From Negaprion brevirostris (lineage: Eukaryota), in the NCBI GenBank assembly GCA_030324005.1, contig JARDVH010000031.1:8393786-8457785 (forward strand): DNA of 64,000 bases, written 5' to 3'. A program made the position numbers and the translations under genes. The notes under the pieces were generated by a model. The model had not been told where the DNA came from. It saw only the letters and a list, made by a program, of their open reading frames with translations, and did not search any database. Positions 46,481 to 60,254 of the stretch are shown here, piece after piece; position 1 is the first letter of the stretch; each line of letters begins with the position of its first letter.

Positions 46481-48059
46481 AGATTTCCCCAATGCCTAAA
46501 TGGCACTCCCCCAAAAGAAGGTACCGCACTTCCATCCTGCTCTTTCATTCACTTTTTACCACAAATCATATTATTGTGGCGGAGGCACAATCAGAACTTA
46601 ATTGTGAAGAAATGGCCTCACTAGGCCTAAGAGCAGGTAGCCTAGTGAGCCTAGTACCTGCCCCCAGCTTTAAACTTCCACAAAATTGCTAATCTCCCTC
46701 ATACTGCTCTTCACAATCATTAACCTCTCTACCCCTCCCCACAATCTCTGTCTTTAATATCCCTCTGAACAGACAAGTCACTTCATTAAAATTCCACAGC
46801 GTTTTGGGAAACCTACATAAGAACACCCTCTGTATCTCCGAGCCAGGAAATTCTTGCCTGTGTGTCTGTAGGATTGTTTAGTAGTTCATTTTATATTCCT
46901 TGTTAATCTTATTTTGTAACTCTTCGTTGCCTCCATAATTTTTTCCTGACTTTTTCTTTAATTTCATATTTTTCTTTGCCATTCTTGTCTTTATTATTTA
47001 CATACTTAGCATATGCCTTTCTCTTTTCTTTCACTGTCACTCNNNNNNNNNNNNNNNNNNNNNNNNNNNNNNNNNNNNNNNNNNNNNNNNNNNNNNNNNN
47101 NNNNNNNNNNNNNNNNNNNNNNNNNNNNNNNNNNNNNNNNNNTCACTGTCACTCTTATCTCTATTTGTCCATAGTGGTTCATTATTGACTGGATTTTTTT
47201 GTGTTTTTTTTAAGCAGGATATATTTCTCCTAATCTCTACTGATCATCTTTTCAAGTATTTGCCAGTATTGTTCTATCTCTTAGTTTATCAGGTTTTTTT
47301 TTGCATTTAACTCTCCAAGATTTTTGAAATTTTCATCCCTAATTGAGCAACCCAGGATTGAGAAATGGGGCCGACTGAAAGTTCCCCATACCCTGTCTAT
47401 GCATTTGACCACCTGGCTTCCCTGCCAGTGGCTCCCTTCCTACAAGCCTCATTCTGCCCCATTTGACCCTGAGGTCATCCCTGGTGAAGACTTTGATGCA
47501 TTATTGGCAACAGGCACCTCTCCTGGTGTCACTGCCAGCAATGGAGAGCTACTTTCCCCTGATTGGGCATCAGTTCTCAGGGGTGGGATTTCTATCCAAC
47601 TGGGACCTTGATCATCTGGGAGGCTTGAGACTCACCAGCCAATTACTCTGAAATGGCATCAGGCCTCTCAGACAAGTGTAACAGGCTCAGTTCTCCAACC
47701 TGTGGAGGGGGCCCCATTCATACAGACCAAATTCTGCCCAATGTTTGTTGAAGTAATAGCTGTTTATTCAGTTTCAGTAAAGCATATGTGTCTCAGGTAT
47801 GTTTCTCCTAAAGATGGATTCAAGAATTTACTAATTTGGACAATGGCATTGACATAATTAAGGCCAGTCAAAACTCACTTCCTTCGATGTATTACTTGTG
47901 GAAAATAAATGCATACTAAATTTTTGAAGCATCTGAGCTGTAGGTCTCTAATTTAGCCATTACTCAATTTCTTGGGTGGCTGAGATTTCAGTTGTCANNN
48001 NNNNNNNTGAGCCATAAATTGAAACCAGTTCCGGAGCAAGGTAGCCATACTCAACCAAG

Positions 48060-49760
48060 CAGACTTTGCATGGTTCTTCACACTAACATCTGGAAAGTTG
48101 TAACAAAATTGGGAGAGTAATCCAACAAACAAGACAAGTAATAGTCTCACATAGAAATACTCAAATAATCACACTGAGGTACCAAAGTTCTGGAATGCAC
48201 TATGATCACCCTTGAGTATGCCCTGTCCCACCAATAGGACAGACCAATTAGAGATGGTGGCACACTCTTATACAGCTGAGAATAAGTGGCCCTGGGAATC
48301 CTCAACATTGAGACTGGATCCAAGTGAAGTCTTGTGCCATCAAGTCTAACAGGGGTAAAGAAACATCTGCTGATTACCACCTACTGTCCTCCATGGGGGT
48401 TGGTTAGCTCAGTTGGCTGGACNNNNNNNNNNCTGGTTTGTGATGCAGAGCGAAGTCCAACATCATGGGTTCAATTCCTGTACCAGTTCAGGTTATTCAT
48501 GAAGTTCTTGCCTTCTCAACCTTGCCCCTTGTCTGAGATGTGGTGACCCCAGGTTAAATCACCACCACTCAGCTCTCTCAAAAGGAAGAAGAGTCCTCTG
48601 GGATTATTGTGTGACAGTTCATTTTCACCACCCTGCTGCTATGATGGATCAGTACTCCTCCATATTCAATACCACTTAGAAGAAGCACTGAGAACAGCAA
48701 AGGGACAGAAGGTATTCTGTGGGGGATTTCAACGTTCATTGCCAGGAATGGCTCAGTGATAGTAGTACTAGTCAAGTTCTGAAAGACATAATTGCCTTCA
48801 GTGATAACTATACTGGTTTTGTGGAGACGAAGTCCCACTCTGTGGGAAAGTCACTCTGAAGACAACTTCCACTGGCACTTTCACTATGCTAAAGAAAAGA
48901 AGCTGTATGAACTATCAGTGGTAACAAAATGTTATTCCACCTGATGGCCCAGCAGATCATTTGTTCTACCGTTAACAACTGGCCAAGTGACCAACTCTAG
49001 TTCAATGAGGAGAATACCAGGAAGCAGCGTTAGTGTACCTGAAAATGAAGTGCCAACCTTGGTGAAGCTACAACACCGAACTACGTGACATGGTAAACAG
49101 TGTGCTGTAGACAGCATGCTATAGACTGAATGAAGCAATCTCACAATCAATGTTCAGATTTGAACTCTGCAGTCTTGCTATATTCANNNNNNNNNNNNNN
49201 NNNNNNNNNNNNNNNNNNNNNNNNNNNNNNNNNNNNNNNNNNNNNNNNNNNNNNNNNNNNNNNNNNNNNNNNNNNNNNNNNNNNNNNNNNNNNNNNNNNN
49301 NNNNNNNNNNNNNNNNNNNNNNNNNNNNNNNNNNNNNNNNNNNNNNNNNNNNNNNNNNNNNNNNNNNNNNNNNNNNNNNNNNNNNNNNNNNNNNNNNNNN
49401 NNNNNNNNNNNNNNNNNNNNNNNNNNNNNNNNNNNNNNNNNNNNNNNNNNNNNNNNNNNNNNNNNNNNNNNNNNNNNNNNNNNNNNNNNNNNNNNNNNNN
49501 NNNNNNNNNNNNNNNNNNNNNNNNNNNNNNNNNNNNNNNNNNNNNNNNNNNNNNNNNNNNNNNNNNNNNNTGTACGATGCACGTCAGGATTTTTGTCTCA
49601 ATCAGGACAGCTCCAACAAACTCAAGAAGCTCAACACCATCTAGAATAAAGCAACTCACTTGATTGGCAATCCATCCATCAGCTTAAACATTTACTTTCT
49701 CCCCCACCAGTTCACAGTGGCTATAGCATGTCTCATCAACAAGGTGCAGTGGAACAACAT
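48060..49760 (+). mobile_element. Highly deleted LINE ORF2 (AP-endonuclease to RT C-terminus), interrupted by a SINE
   Basis: TNI…KLG start, QDRPIRDGGT, HLLITTYCPP and GDFNVH endonuclease motifs; 3' part KKLNTI*NKA…LIG. Confidence 0.7.
48396..48625 (+). mobile_element. tRNA-derived SINE
   Basis: GGTTGGTTAGCTCAGTTGG (A box) … GGGTTCAATTCC (B box); second copy at 41800-41988. Confidence 0.85.
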
Positions 49761-50870
49761 TTTCCCACAGCATCTCACAATTATAAAGTTGGCATTTTTT
49801 TATGAATCCAACAATGTGAAGAATCTCTGTGTCACTTGACACAGTGAGATTGGCAACTGCTGACCATGTTCTCTATTCAGAATATTCTTCAGCTTCCTAG
49901 GTACTATCACCATATTCAGAGGCATTCATGAATGTCATTCATATACATTATTAATTTTATGACATTCCACAATCATAGATACAGATGAAAGCTAATATCA
50001 TAATCAGAAATATCATAATCAGTAGTACAAATACTATTGATTACTTAAATCATAAAATGGACTTCACCCAATTCAGAAGCTGTAATGAGGAAGCTGATTT
50101 GGAAAGAGATTTGAACTTACTTTTAAAATTATTTTTACTCTGCTGCTAGCTGCTTTAGGATTGTGCCGACAATAACTGTATCTTGTAACTAGGAAAACTT
50201 CAGGTTCAATTCCTGATCAATGATAGAATATGTGTGAAGTTTGAAGTAGTGTTGCCAACTCTGATTAAATGTATTCCTAAAGGTTTCACCACATGACTTG
50301 CCCTTTGCTCCAGCCATTAGTCAGCCAATACATCCACCCCATGCCAGCTGGGAAACAAAAAGACTTAATACCCAATTGGATGATGCTTGACTGTCAGCCA
50401 AACTGTCTTCTCATTTCCCATTTTCAATATTTTTATATCTGGTAAAGGAAAATGTCCAAAGAAAATGACAAGAAAAATTGTTTTCAATGTTCCATTGATT
50501 TTTCTTGAGGGTACCACACAGGAAGTCTCTTGGAGATTGATCCTCAATTCCTGGAGTCTCCAGACCAACCCTACTCTGTAATAATATAAGGGGATATCAA
50601 GGTGGCTACTTCAGAGCATAGCATCCCACACTTCCGAGTGGATTGGCCCATTGTCACCACGGATGCTTGGCTGTAGATTGGTCTGTTGTCGCTATAGGGG
50701 TATTTGGTTGTGAATTGGCATTTTAAGGAAAAAAATCTAACAGAAGGTATATTTGCAACCATTTACATATTAAACACAGAATGTTGAATAGACAAAGTAA
50801 TATGTAAAGAAAAATAAAAAAGGTGATGATTTCTTGACAGTCTCACACTTTCCCCTCATAAAATAAATAT

Positions 50871-51079
50871 TGCTTGAGATTCTCCAGCCTCCCAGCTGCA
50901 TGTTCCCTGCTGGCAGGAGTGGTGCGTTGGTTGCGAATGGCGACATTCTCTGGTCCCATTGCTGTCAATGGGAATTCCTATTGATGTTGCCCCAATCCAG
51001 CGGGAAACCTGCAGATGGGAGTGCACTGCCAGCAGGCCTGGAGAATTCTGCCGACGTGAGCAACCAGAGAATTCCAGCC
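50871..51079. mobile_element. Short MITE, Harbinger-type termini
   Basis: TGCTTGAGATTCTCC … GAGAATTCCAGCC imperfect terminal inverted repeats, with internal CCCATTGCTGTCAATGGG hairpin. Confidence 0.55.
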
Positions 51080-51390
51080 ATCATCTCTACATTTATCCCT
51101 GTAAGTCTTTCTGAACAGAGTAAATCAACATTTATCACACTGGATGTTATACCAGAATACAATTAATGTAACAAATTGCAAGGGATCTAGTAACAACTGG
51201 CTAGGCAATCACAAATATTAAAGCAGTGAAGTAACCTTCAACATTGGCAGTATTTATGTCATTATATACACAATACAAGTCAAGAACGGTTTCAATTTTT
51301 AGAAGAAATTATAAGTTGTACTTTCTGTTCCTGCAACCCCTCAAAATTAACTGTTCTCGCACAAGAGAATTATAATTCCTGTTTGAAGAG

Positions 51391-51740
51391 GAGATGGTGG
51401 TGTTGTGGTAACATCATTGGTAGTAATCCATAGGCCCAGGTTAATGCGCTGGGGAGATGGGTTCAAATCCCATCATGGTAGCTGGTGGAATTTAAATTCA
51501 ATTGAGAAATGTGGAATACAAAACTAGCCTCAGTAATGATGACCATGAAATTATCATCAATTGTTTGTAAAAACACTCATGTCCTTTAGGGAAGGTAATC
51601 TGCCATCCTTACCTGATTTGGCCTACATGTGACTCCAGATCCATAGAAATATAGGTACTCTCTGAAATGGCCAAGTAAGACACTCAGTTCAAGGACAATT
51701 AGAAATGGGCAACAAATGCTGGCCTGCCAATGTCCCCTGA
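51391..51740 (+). mobile_element. tRNA-derived SINE with LINE-derived tail
   Basis: GGTGTTGTGGTAA (A box) … GGGTTCAAATCCC (B box); tail ATGGGCAACAAATGCTGGCC matches the LINE 3' ends at 3715-3735 and 28625-28650; partial copy at 52430-52630. Confidence 0.85.
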
Positions 51741-54700
51741 AAGAATTTGTAAAATCCTGTTTGTCTATACACTTATAAAGAAATATACAAAAAGAATATC
51801 AACAATACACAATCATTAACCTATATTTACAATGAAGCAGATGTTCACTATGTTGCTACTGAGTAGAGCTTTCTATGGAAGCACACTTGTCCCCGAAAAG
51901 TTAATTATCCTGCACCTCCAAATCATTTTACAAACTTGGATGATTCTCTAGAACATCTTCATTGATATTTTTGAACAAAGAACACTGTGCAATCATTATG
52001 TGAGTTTCTTTATGTGCATTATCACACTGTCAGTTTCTGTTGACAAATTCCCATGTGAAACAAAACTGCCTGTGGATGTGAATAACCCTCCTAGGATGCT
52101 GCTGTTTTACAGTGCTGTTGTTCACCACTGGACTGGCTGATGGAACTGTTGTGGCTGCACATTATCACAGCTCTATCTCTGGCCACGTTCTTACTTTACT
52201 TCATATATCAGTCTTGCTTTTTCCTTTTGTGAGATGACCTGATAAATTACATCCTGCCAGTATGACTGCAGTTTGCTACGACCTGCAGGAAGAATGATGA
52301 TTTTGCCTGACTCTGTATTTCTAGACTATGCAAAGCACTTGTAATCTTCCTAACATATTGCTTTTTGCCTCTTGCAGATAATTTAACTATGATATGAGAT
52401 GCTATCTTGTGCACCTCAATAAAAAGTTTAATGATGACCATGAAACCATTGTCAATTGTTGTAAAAACCCACCTGGCTCACTCATGTCCCCTGGAGAAGG
52501 AAATCTGCTGCCCTTGCCTTACCTAGCCTATGTGATCCCAGACCCACAACAATGTGGTTGGCTCTGAACTGTCCTTTGAAATGGCTGAGAAAACCACTTA
52601 GTTCAAGGATAATAGGGATGAGCAACACATTGATGAATAGGACATTTCCTAGACAAGAACCCCCTACAGGTCAGGTGTGTGGTGCCTCTTCATGATGGTG
52701 ATCTCTGCTCTATCTGCCCTCAACACCACAATCTCTGACACTAGAGTGTCCTTGTGTGATTTTCTTTTCCTTGATTTTTTTGTTTCTCCTCACTGTGCTT
52801 TGTTTCTTGGACCTCATGGATCATAGGACTCTTTGCTACTTGCAACGTCTCATGTCACTCTGATTTGCAAATAGCTGCAGTATTCGGCTTCTCAAACAGT
52901 ATTTTGCTTGGTGTTCTGGGACTTTCTAAATAGAGTTGCAGTTAACTGATTAACCTATAGCCCTGTCATGAGAGCATATGAAAATATGCTTCATACAAGA
53001 GTGAGATCCTACTTAAGCTTAGATCTTATCTGTCCTGAGATCTTGAAGTCTAATCAAGAAATTTGGATTAAGTTTGCTTGGGCCAGGGCTAGTTGGGGAG
53101 AAATAGATGAAGGTTTTTCCTCTACTTCCCCAGATGGTTTCAGCTTTGATTCTGCCAAATAAACCAATTCTTGGAAAGTAGCAACCCCTGATCTTTCCTT
53201 TTCTTAATGTCTTCTCTGCTCAGATGGCACATGATTCTCAAGTGATCTATCTGTACTCTGTTTCATCGCCATCAGGTAGCTCAATGTTCTGGCATTATTG
53301 AAGCAATTCCTTTGGCGCTACATGATTCACCAGATCATAATGACTTGTTGTTCGATCTCTAAAAGTGAATCAGCTGTAGCAGACTGATCCGTTGTCTCTG
53401 TGGGAGTTTTTGGTTGTGCATGTTAAACAAGCAAAGTGATATATAAAGAAAAGGGTGATTGCTTGGGGATCTCACAAAGGATTGTAAGAGGTTTGGTGAA
53501 CACAAACTGCATTATAATAGAACAAAGTTGAGAAATCAGAGGGAATATGTGGGGGAAATGCATGATATCTCATGCATATTGCTTGTTTGAATGGTCACTA
53601 TAAATAATGGAGTTGAAATCACATCATATGGTCATCATCTTGCCCACTGATGCTAATTCTATGGGCCAACTAATGCATTCAAGTCACCAACCTTGTTTAC
53701 TCCACTCCAGGCATTTACACACTTGCGTTTAAATCCATCTTAGGCTGCCTTGCATTTCCCCCATCTGTTCCCTGATTACTCAATTTTACTTTATCTCCCT
53801 TAAGGTCTCCAACATGAGGTGCCCATGACAATGATAGCTCTTCAGCGGAGCTCCTTCTCTGACAGTTCACCGTTGCAGGACTTAATACATTATAACAGGG
53901 GCAACACTTAAAAGTAATTGACTGGATGCAAGCCCTTTGAACCATCATCAGGTCGTGAAAAATGAATGAAAATCTCTCTTTTCAGGGAGCAGGACAGCTC
54001 AGATACCCTTGTTTCTGTGGGACAAGCTAGAGAGATATCTAGGTTTCCACATGATGACTTATGCTTCACAAATGAACAAGACCAGATGATAGAGTCAGGG
54101 ACAGCAATGGAGATTCTGCATCGAATGACAAAGTGCTCTCCAAGCTCTGCCCAGCTGCACACAAATGCTGTCCTTCAGAAGCTGTGTACAAAGAACACAC
54201 TTTTTGAACAACAGCAGAAAATACCTCCTGGGAGGTATTCCAATCACATAGTGTACACATGCACAGAGATTGAAGGAGCCCATCTCAAGGCATGATGTTG
54301 CAACACTTCTGCTAAATCTTCATCCATGGAAAAAGTGACCAACTGCATGGTGCATTAAATCACATGAGTGTATACACAATGATTTTCACGCTCTGAATTC
54401 TATTGTAAATAGAATGAGTGATGCCCTAGCCTTGGCCTGTCAATGCCCATTGATATGCAATTAGATGTTCTGCAGTAGATTGCTAGCAGGGAAGTATAAC
54501 TGGGCCATGGGAAGGATGATGGTGGTGGGAAACATGGAAGTGGGGACACCGTTCAAAGCACTTCCGCCACTCATTCAGTCCTCGCCCCCCCACCCGCCCC
54601 CCCGCCNNNNNNNNNNTGTCTCTTAACCACAAGTGCAGAGGGACCAGCCTTTGGCCGGCCGTCACAGGGTCCAACACTCTTATGTGTGGGAGCAAAAGCA

Positions 54701-54884
54701 ACTTAACAGCCAGAGGATATAAGCAGCCTGCCTCTGCCGTGTAGGAGCAAAGTGTTCTACAATGTTTGAATGTTAAGGTTCTATTTCTATTTGAGCCACA
54801 TAAATATTGTTTTCTTGTATCTATCAAAGATGAGTGACTACCAAGCCCATTAATGAATGAATGGTTTACTAAGGTGAATACCAT

Positions 54885-55128
54885 TATTTATTTATGTATT
54901 TTATTTATTTATTAGTTACAAGTAAGGCTTGCATTAACACTGCAATGAAGTTACTGTGAAATTCCTCTAGTTGCCACACTAGCCACCTGTTCAGATCAAA
55001 CCGGAGCACCTGGAGGAAACGCATGCAGATACAGAGAGAATGTGCAAACTCCACACAGGCAGTGACCCAAGCTGGGAATCCTGGCGCTGTGAGGCAGCAG
55101 TGCTAACTGCTATACCACCTTGCCGCCC
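54885..55128 (-). mobile_element. V-SINE/HE1-like SINE with …GTAACTAATAAAT(AAAT)n tail
   Basis: Same head, core and tail as 19826-20096. Confidence 0.88.
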
Positions 55129-55613
55129 AACTTTGTACTGAGAGTGATATAAAGATTCAATCCTCGACTTGACTCCAGTTTCCTCACTGACGAGCAACAT
55201 CTAGGATTCACGTGCTCTGGCCTGATTGGCCGAATGGGTCACATAACCCTCTAAGAGCTTGCCCCTAAAAGGCCCCACAAGACCACTTCCCTGTTTTTTC
55301 AATGTGGCTACATATAGAAAATATATTTAAGCAGTGAGTTGTTGTAACTTGGAATGCACTGCCCAGAGGGAGGCTTGAAGCAGGGTCAGTAACAACTATT
55401 AAAAGGAAATAGGATAAATAGTTAACCTTACAGCTTACTAATTCCTTTTGGGGAACAAAGCTCCCATCATCACCTGCTCATGTCTATAGCAGCAATGTGG
55501 TCCAGCTCCACTGAACTCCTCTCCATAGTGGCCTGGCAAGTCATCCAGTTGTTAAGAAGATAGCTTACCAATAAATATTGGCCTTGTCAGCAACACCTGG
55601 ATCCTGTGACTGA

Positions 55614-56797
55614 GGGCCCGATTTTACCATTTTCATTCTAAATGCTGAATCTGGGCGCAATTCAGATCCAACTTGGAAATCTGCTTTCAGGCACCCCTGT
55701 ACACACTTAGCCTGAAAAAAAAATTGCAGGTCTGAATTGCGCCCAAAGCAGTCAGAGCTTTGAACTGCGCATGCACAGTTAGAAAAAAAATTTGAAAATC
55801 GCAATGCCATTGCATCATTCCCAGACCAGAGAAGCGAATAAAGCGGCCTGAGAGTGATGGCCCCCACAGACATCACACCCAGCCTGACAACATAACTGTC
55901 CCCTTTACCCAACACACCACCCTCCTGCTACCCAGACCGATCACGACCCTTTCCCCCCCACTGACCACCCATAGAGTGGCAGCAAACCCCCTGCCCCTTT
56001 CTCCCTGACCCCCTCACCAGAGATCCATCTGACCTCCCCCACCCCCTCCCCGAGAATGATCGAGCCTCCCNNNNNNNNNNNNNNNNNNNNNNNNNNNNNN
56101 NNNNNNNNNNNNNNNNNNNNNNNNNNNNNNNNNNNNNNNNNNNNNNNNNNNNNNNNNNNNNNNNNNNNNNNNNNNNNNNNNNNNNNNNNNNNNNNNNNNN
56201 NNNNNNNNNNNNNNNNNNNNNNNNNNNNNNNNNNNNNNNNNNNNNNNNNNNNNNNNNNNNNNNNNNNNNNNNNNNNNNNNNNNNNNNNNNNNNNNNNNNN
56301 NNNNNNNNNNNNNNNNNNNNNNNNNNNNNCACCACCAGAGATACATCTGACCCACCTCCCCCCGCTACCAGAAAATGATCGGGCCTCCCTTTTCCCGCAC
56401 CCATCCCCTCACCAGAGAATGATCAAGCCGGCCTCCCTCCCCGTCCCCACCACCGATCTGAGTCGGAGTGCCCCAGGAAGCTGGTAATCCAGCTCTTCAG
56501 CAGCTGGATACCCAAAACAGACCTTTGCCAAGCATGTCTGTTTCGTGTCAAATCTGGACGCACGAATGCGATGGTAAAGGGGGAAATGCTGATTAAGTTG
56601 GGCAGACAGTTTATTAATTCAATTTAAATGCATGCAAATGCATTTAAATCGCCATTGTGCCTGTTTCAGGTGTGAATCGGATCACGGCCATTTTTAGGCC
56701 TTGGTCAAATGGGCATCTGCGTGAGCATGGATTGCGTTAATGGCACCATGCCCGACTTTACCACATTCGGGCACAATGCAATGGTAAAATCGGGTCC
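55614..56797. mobile_element. Complete non-autonomous PIF/Harbinger element
   Basis: TIRs GGGCCCGATTTTACCATT / AATGGTAAAATCGGGTCC (17 of 18 match) flanked by a 3-bp TGA target duplication (55611-13, 56798-800); internal C-rich tandem array with gap. Confidence 0.9.
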
Positions 56798-57414
56798 TGA
56801 ATAAAACAGTCTTTGAAATGAAAATGTCCTTGGGTATGGGAAAAGTGGTACTAATTGGTTCACTATTTCAAAGGTACAATTATATTGGGCCAAATGGCCT
56901 TTTTCTGTTTTTTTTTCATTTTGTGATTCTGTAAGTTTGCATTGACAAATCCTGTGACTTCTGAACAATGCATGAGTTTGATTATTCAAGGACAGGGCAG
57001 GTCATGGTGTCGATGTTGTTGTAGTGGAATAATTTGTTGGTACTTATTACCCAGTACCTAGGGTCACAAATGAACAATGGAGCAGGCATTTTAGCACCTT
57101 GGAGTCCTACTTCAGTGACCTTTCAGTACATTTAGGGTAAAATTGGCAAGGACGAAAGAAGAATGTCNNNNNNNNNNNNNNNNNNNNNNNNNNNNNNNNN
57201 NNNNNNNNNNNNNNNNNNNNNNNNNNNNNNNNNNNNNNNNNNNNNNNNNNNNNNNNNNNNNNNNNNNACAGAAGAATGTCTGTTTCTCTGCCTGGGTTAT
57301 ACATATATCAGGAGGTACATCCATATACCCACAGAGTACATTATCTAATCTCATCAGGTGAAGAGGAGAAACATTTGCAAAAAGAGTTGTTTATATAAAT
57401 GGAGAAAACAATTA

Positions 57415-57640
57415 ACAATAACAAAATAACAATTTGCATTAATGTAGTGCCTTTAGCACAGTAAAACATCTCACCGCATTTCACAAGAGTAATTATCAAA
57501 ACAATTTTGACACTGGAATGCATAACGAGATATGCTGACCAAAAACTTGGTCAATGCAATAGGTTTTAAATAGCATCTTAAAGAAGGGGTAAGAGGACAA
57601 TAATTGGAGAGATTTAGGGATAGAATTCCAGAAATCGGAA
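57415..57640 (-). mobile_element. L2-type LINE 3' fragment, continues at 62918-63075 after the Gypsy insertion
   Basis: AACAATTTGCATTAATGTAGTGCCTTT…GAGATTTAGGGATAGAATTCCAG and …GCCAATGGTGGAGCAATTAAAT…GGAAGTTATAGAGATAGGG read as consecutive parts of one L2 3' region. Confidence 0.65.
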
Positions 57641-59844
57641 GCTAAGCAACCTTTAATGGGTGGGGGGAAGTGTTTCTCAAGGGCCAGTTAATTGACGAGG
57701 ACATGTGAATCATCCCAGTGGAAAGCTGAACCAATCAACAGGAGGGCAAGTACCACAGGTCAAGGAGGGACTCACATTTGAAGCCAGGGATTCGAGTACA
57801 GCAGTTGCATTGTATTTTAGTCTGACTCCATATTATATATATTATTCCCAATTTGGCAATAAAGCCAGTTATTGATTTGAGCCACATCATGTCATCTACA
57901 ATTTATTACACTGGTAACGAGGCATAACATCAAAGTCGTCCGGGATCACAATGTCCAGCGCAAGGGAGAGGAAACTTGAGCATTGAGAATATAAGGAGTA
58001 AGGTACACTTAGCAATGAAAATGATCAGAAAAATCAAGCCATTTGACCCCAAAGTAGACAATTGGGGCCAGTATAGAGAAAGGCTGTGTTATTTCTTCAC
58101 AGCAAACGAAACAACCGCTGAAGAAAAGCAAAAGATTGTTTTGCTTACAGTTTGTGGCCTACAGACTTACAGTTTAGTGAGAACATTAACATCGTCAGAC
58201 ATTCCAGACACTAAAGTCTTTAGAACAGATTGTGGAGCTTGTCAAAAATCATTGTAACCCCTGCCCCGCAATCATTATGCAGGGATTTAAATTTCAGATG
58301 GCAATCCGTGAGCCTGGGAGTGGGGGCGGGGGGGTGGTCAGTCGCAGGCTTCATGACAAGACTTAGGGAACTGGCAGAACACTGTGAATTTGGCCCAGCA
58401 TTAGCAGAAATGTTAAGGGACAGAATGGTCTGTGGTAGAAGCAGCTCAATACTACAAAAAAAGTTACTGTGGGAGAACGAAATTATCTTAGAAAAAGCTG
58501 TGGAGCTGGCCAAGGCAACTGAATGTGCTGAGCAGGGCATAATGGAGTTGCAAGATTTGCAAGGTGTGCTGAACAAGGTAAATCATTTGTGACGGGAAAA
58601 GGCTGTGGTGTAAAACAGCCCAGGAGTGGGCACAGCAGGATAGAAGTTCAACAGTGAGGGTTGAAGTGTGTTTACCATGTCGGGGAGAACACTTCCAAGA
58701 TATCTGTTAATGCAAAAATTATGAGTGCTTCAGGTGTAACAGAAAAGGTTACTTAAAAGTTACTTAAAAGAGCAAAGTAACCAGTACAGTCAATACAAAA
58801 ACAAAAGATAGTGACTATTAGTGTAACTCGCTTAAACAATTTGGATGAGAAGCCCAGCAAAGGACCTGAATCATTCACTCTAAGCCAGGTGCAGCTAAGC
58901 AAAATGCCCCCAATAGAAGTAACTTTGCTGATAAATGGCAATGAAAGTTGATACAGAGGCAGTGGCCACAGTCATAGGGAAACAGGCATTTTGGTATCTT
59001 CAGAAAGGACTCCAACCATTAAGATTAAGTGAGTCAGGTGCCATTTTGCCCACATATACCTGAGAGACACTGCAGACTTTAGGTGCGGCAACAGTAAACA
59101 TGGCATATCAGGACCAGACAGCGAAGCTGCAGTCTTGGTAATCAAAGGTCACAGACCTTGTTTAATGGGCTGTGATTGATTAAAGCAAATGCAGCTAAAC
59201 TGGCTGGAAATATTAAACTTGAGGGCTGGAGGTGTCCAGGAGCAACTGTATAAATATTCCGAGGTCTTCTGAGCAGGGGAGCTAAAGCTAAAATCAATCT
59301 GAATCAAGAAGAGAAGCCTAAGCATTTTCAGGCCCACCTGGTGCCTTATGCCCTTCATTAGAAGGTGGAAATCGAGCTCAGGAGGCTGGCACATTTAGCC
59401 AGATCACAAAGCCCGTACAATGCTTTGAATGGACTTCACCCATAGTCCCCATTTTGAAACAGGATTGGAAACTAAGAATTTGCGGGTATTGCAAAGTAAC
59501 TGTCAGTAGAGGAGGACAGACAGACAGGTACCCATACTCAGAATTGAAAATCTCTACATTGAACTAGCAGGAGGTTTAAAATATATTAAATTGGTCCTCA
59601 GCCATGCCTAACAGCAGCTGGAGTTGGATAAGGACTCTCAAAGGCCGGTAACAATCAGCACAATGCTTTGTACTGGTATACAAGATTGCCTTTTGGAATC
59701 TCATCAGCCTGTGCTGTTTTCCAGCAAATAATAGAGACGCTTTTGCAAGGCATTCCCAATGTAATGGTTTACCTGGATGATATACTAATCACTGGTACCT
59801 TGCCTGAAGAACACAGATCCAATTGAGAAGAAATATTGAGACAG

Positions 59845-60254
59845 TTTAGCTATGAAGAGAGGTTGGATAAACTCGGTTTGTTCTCACTGGAATGATAGAG
59901 TTCTACAAGATTATGAGTGACATGGACAGAATGGATAGAGTCAAATGCTCTTTCCTAGGGTAGAAAAGTCAAGTACTAGGGAACATAGGTTTAAGGTGCA
60001 CGGGGAAAAGTTTAGAGGAGATATGTGAGGCAAGTTTTTTTACACAGAGGTCGGTGAATGCCTGGGGTAGTGGTGGGAGCAGGAACGATAGCGACATTTA
60101 AAGGGCAACTAGACAGATGTATGAATAGGATGGGAATGGAAGGATACAGACTCCTTAAGTACATGCAGTTTTAGTTTAGGCAGGCATGATGATCGGAGAG
60201 CCGAAGGGCCTGTTCGTGTGCTGTACTTCTCTTTGTTCTTTGCTTTTGTTCTTT
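59845..60254 (+). mobile_element. CR1 3' fragment inserted in the Gypsy RT
   Basis: SYEERLDKLGLFSLE…GAAGGGCCTGTTCGTGTGCTGTACTTCTCTTTGTTCTTTG; Gypsy RT reads EEILRQF before and KEAGVRLR after. Confidence 0.9.

Noticed and set aside
45492-46548. RE/GE-rich and S/P/L-rich ORFs of 94-161 aa
   Set aside because: Translations of CT/GA low-complexity tracts.
46617-46649. 10-bp hairpin CTCACTAGGC…GCCTAGTGAG
   Set aside because: Single short stem with no supporting context; likely part of a decayed repeat.
48396-48480. tRNA-like sequence with A and B boxes (also 20020-20096, 51395-51475)
   Set aside because: No complete cloverleaf or oligo-T terminator; each continues into a SINE body found elsewhere in the window.
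53200-54480. 109-aa ORF (53966-54295) and neighbouring unique-looking sequence
   Set aside because: No motif I can confirm; may be a very old Harbinger relic, but the evidence is too thin to call.
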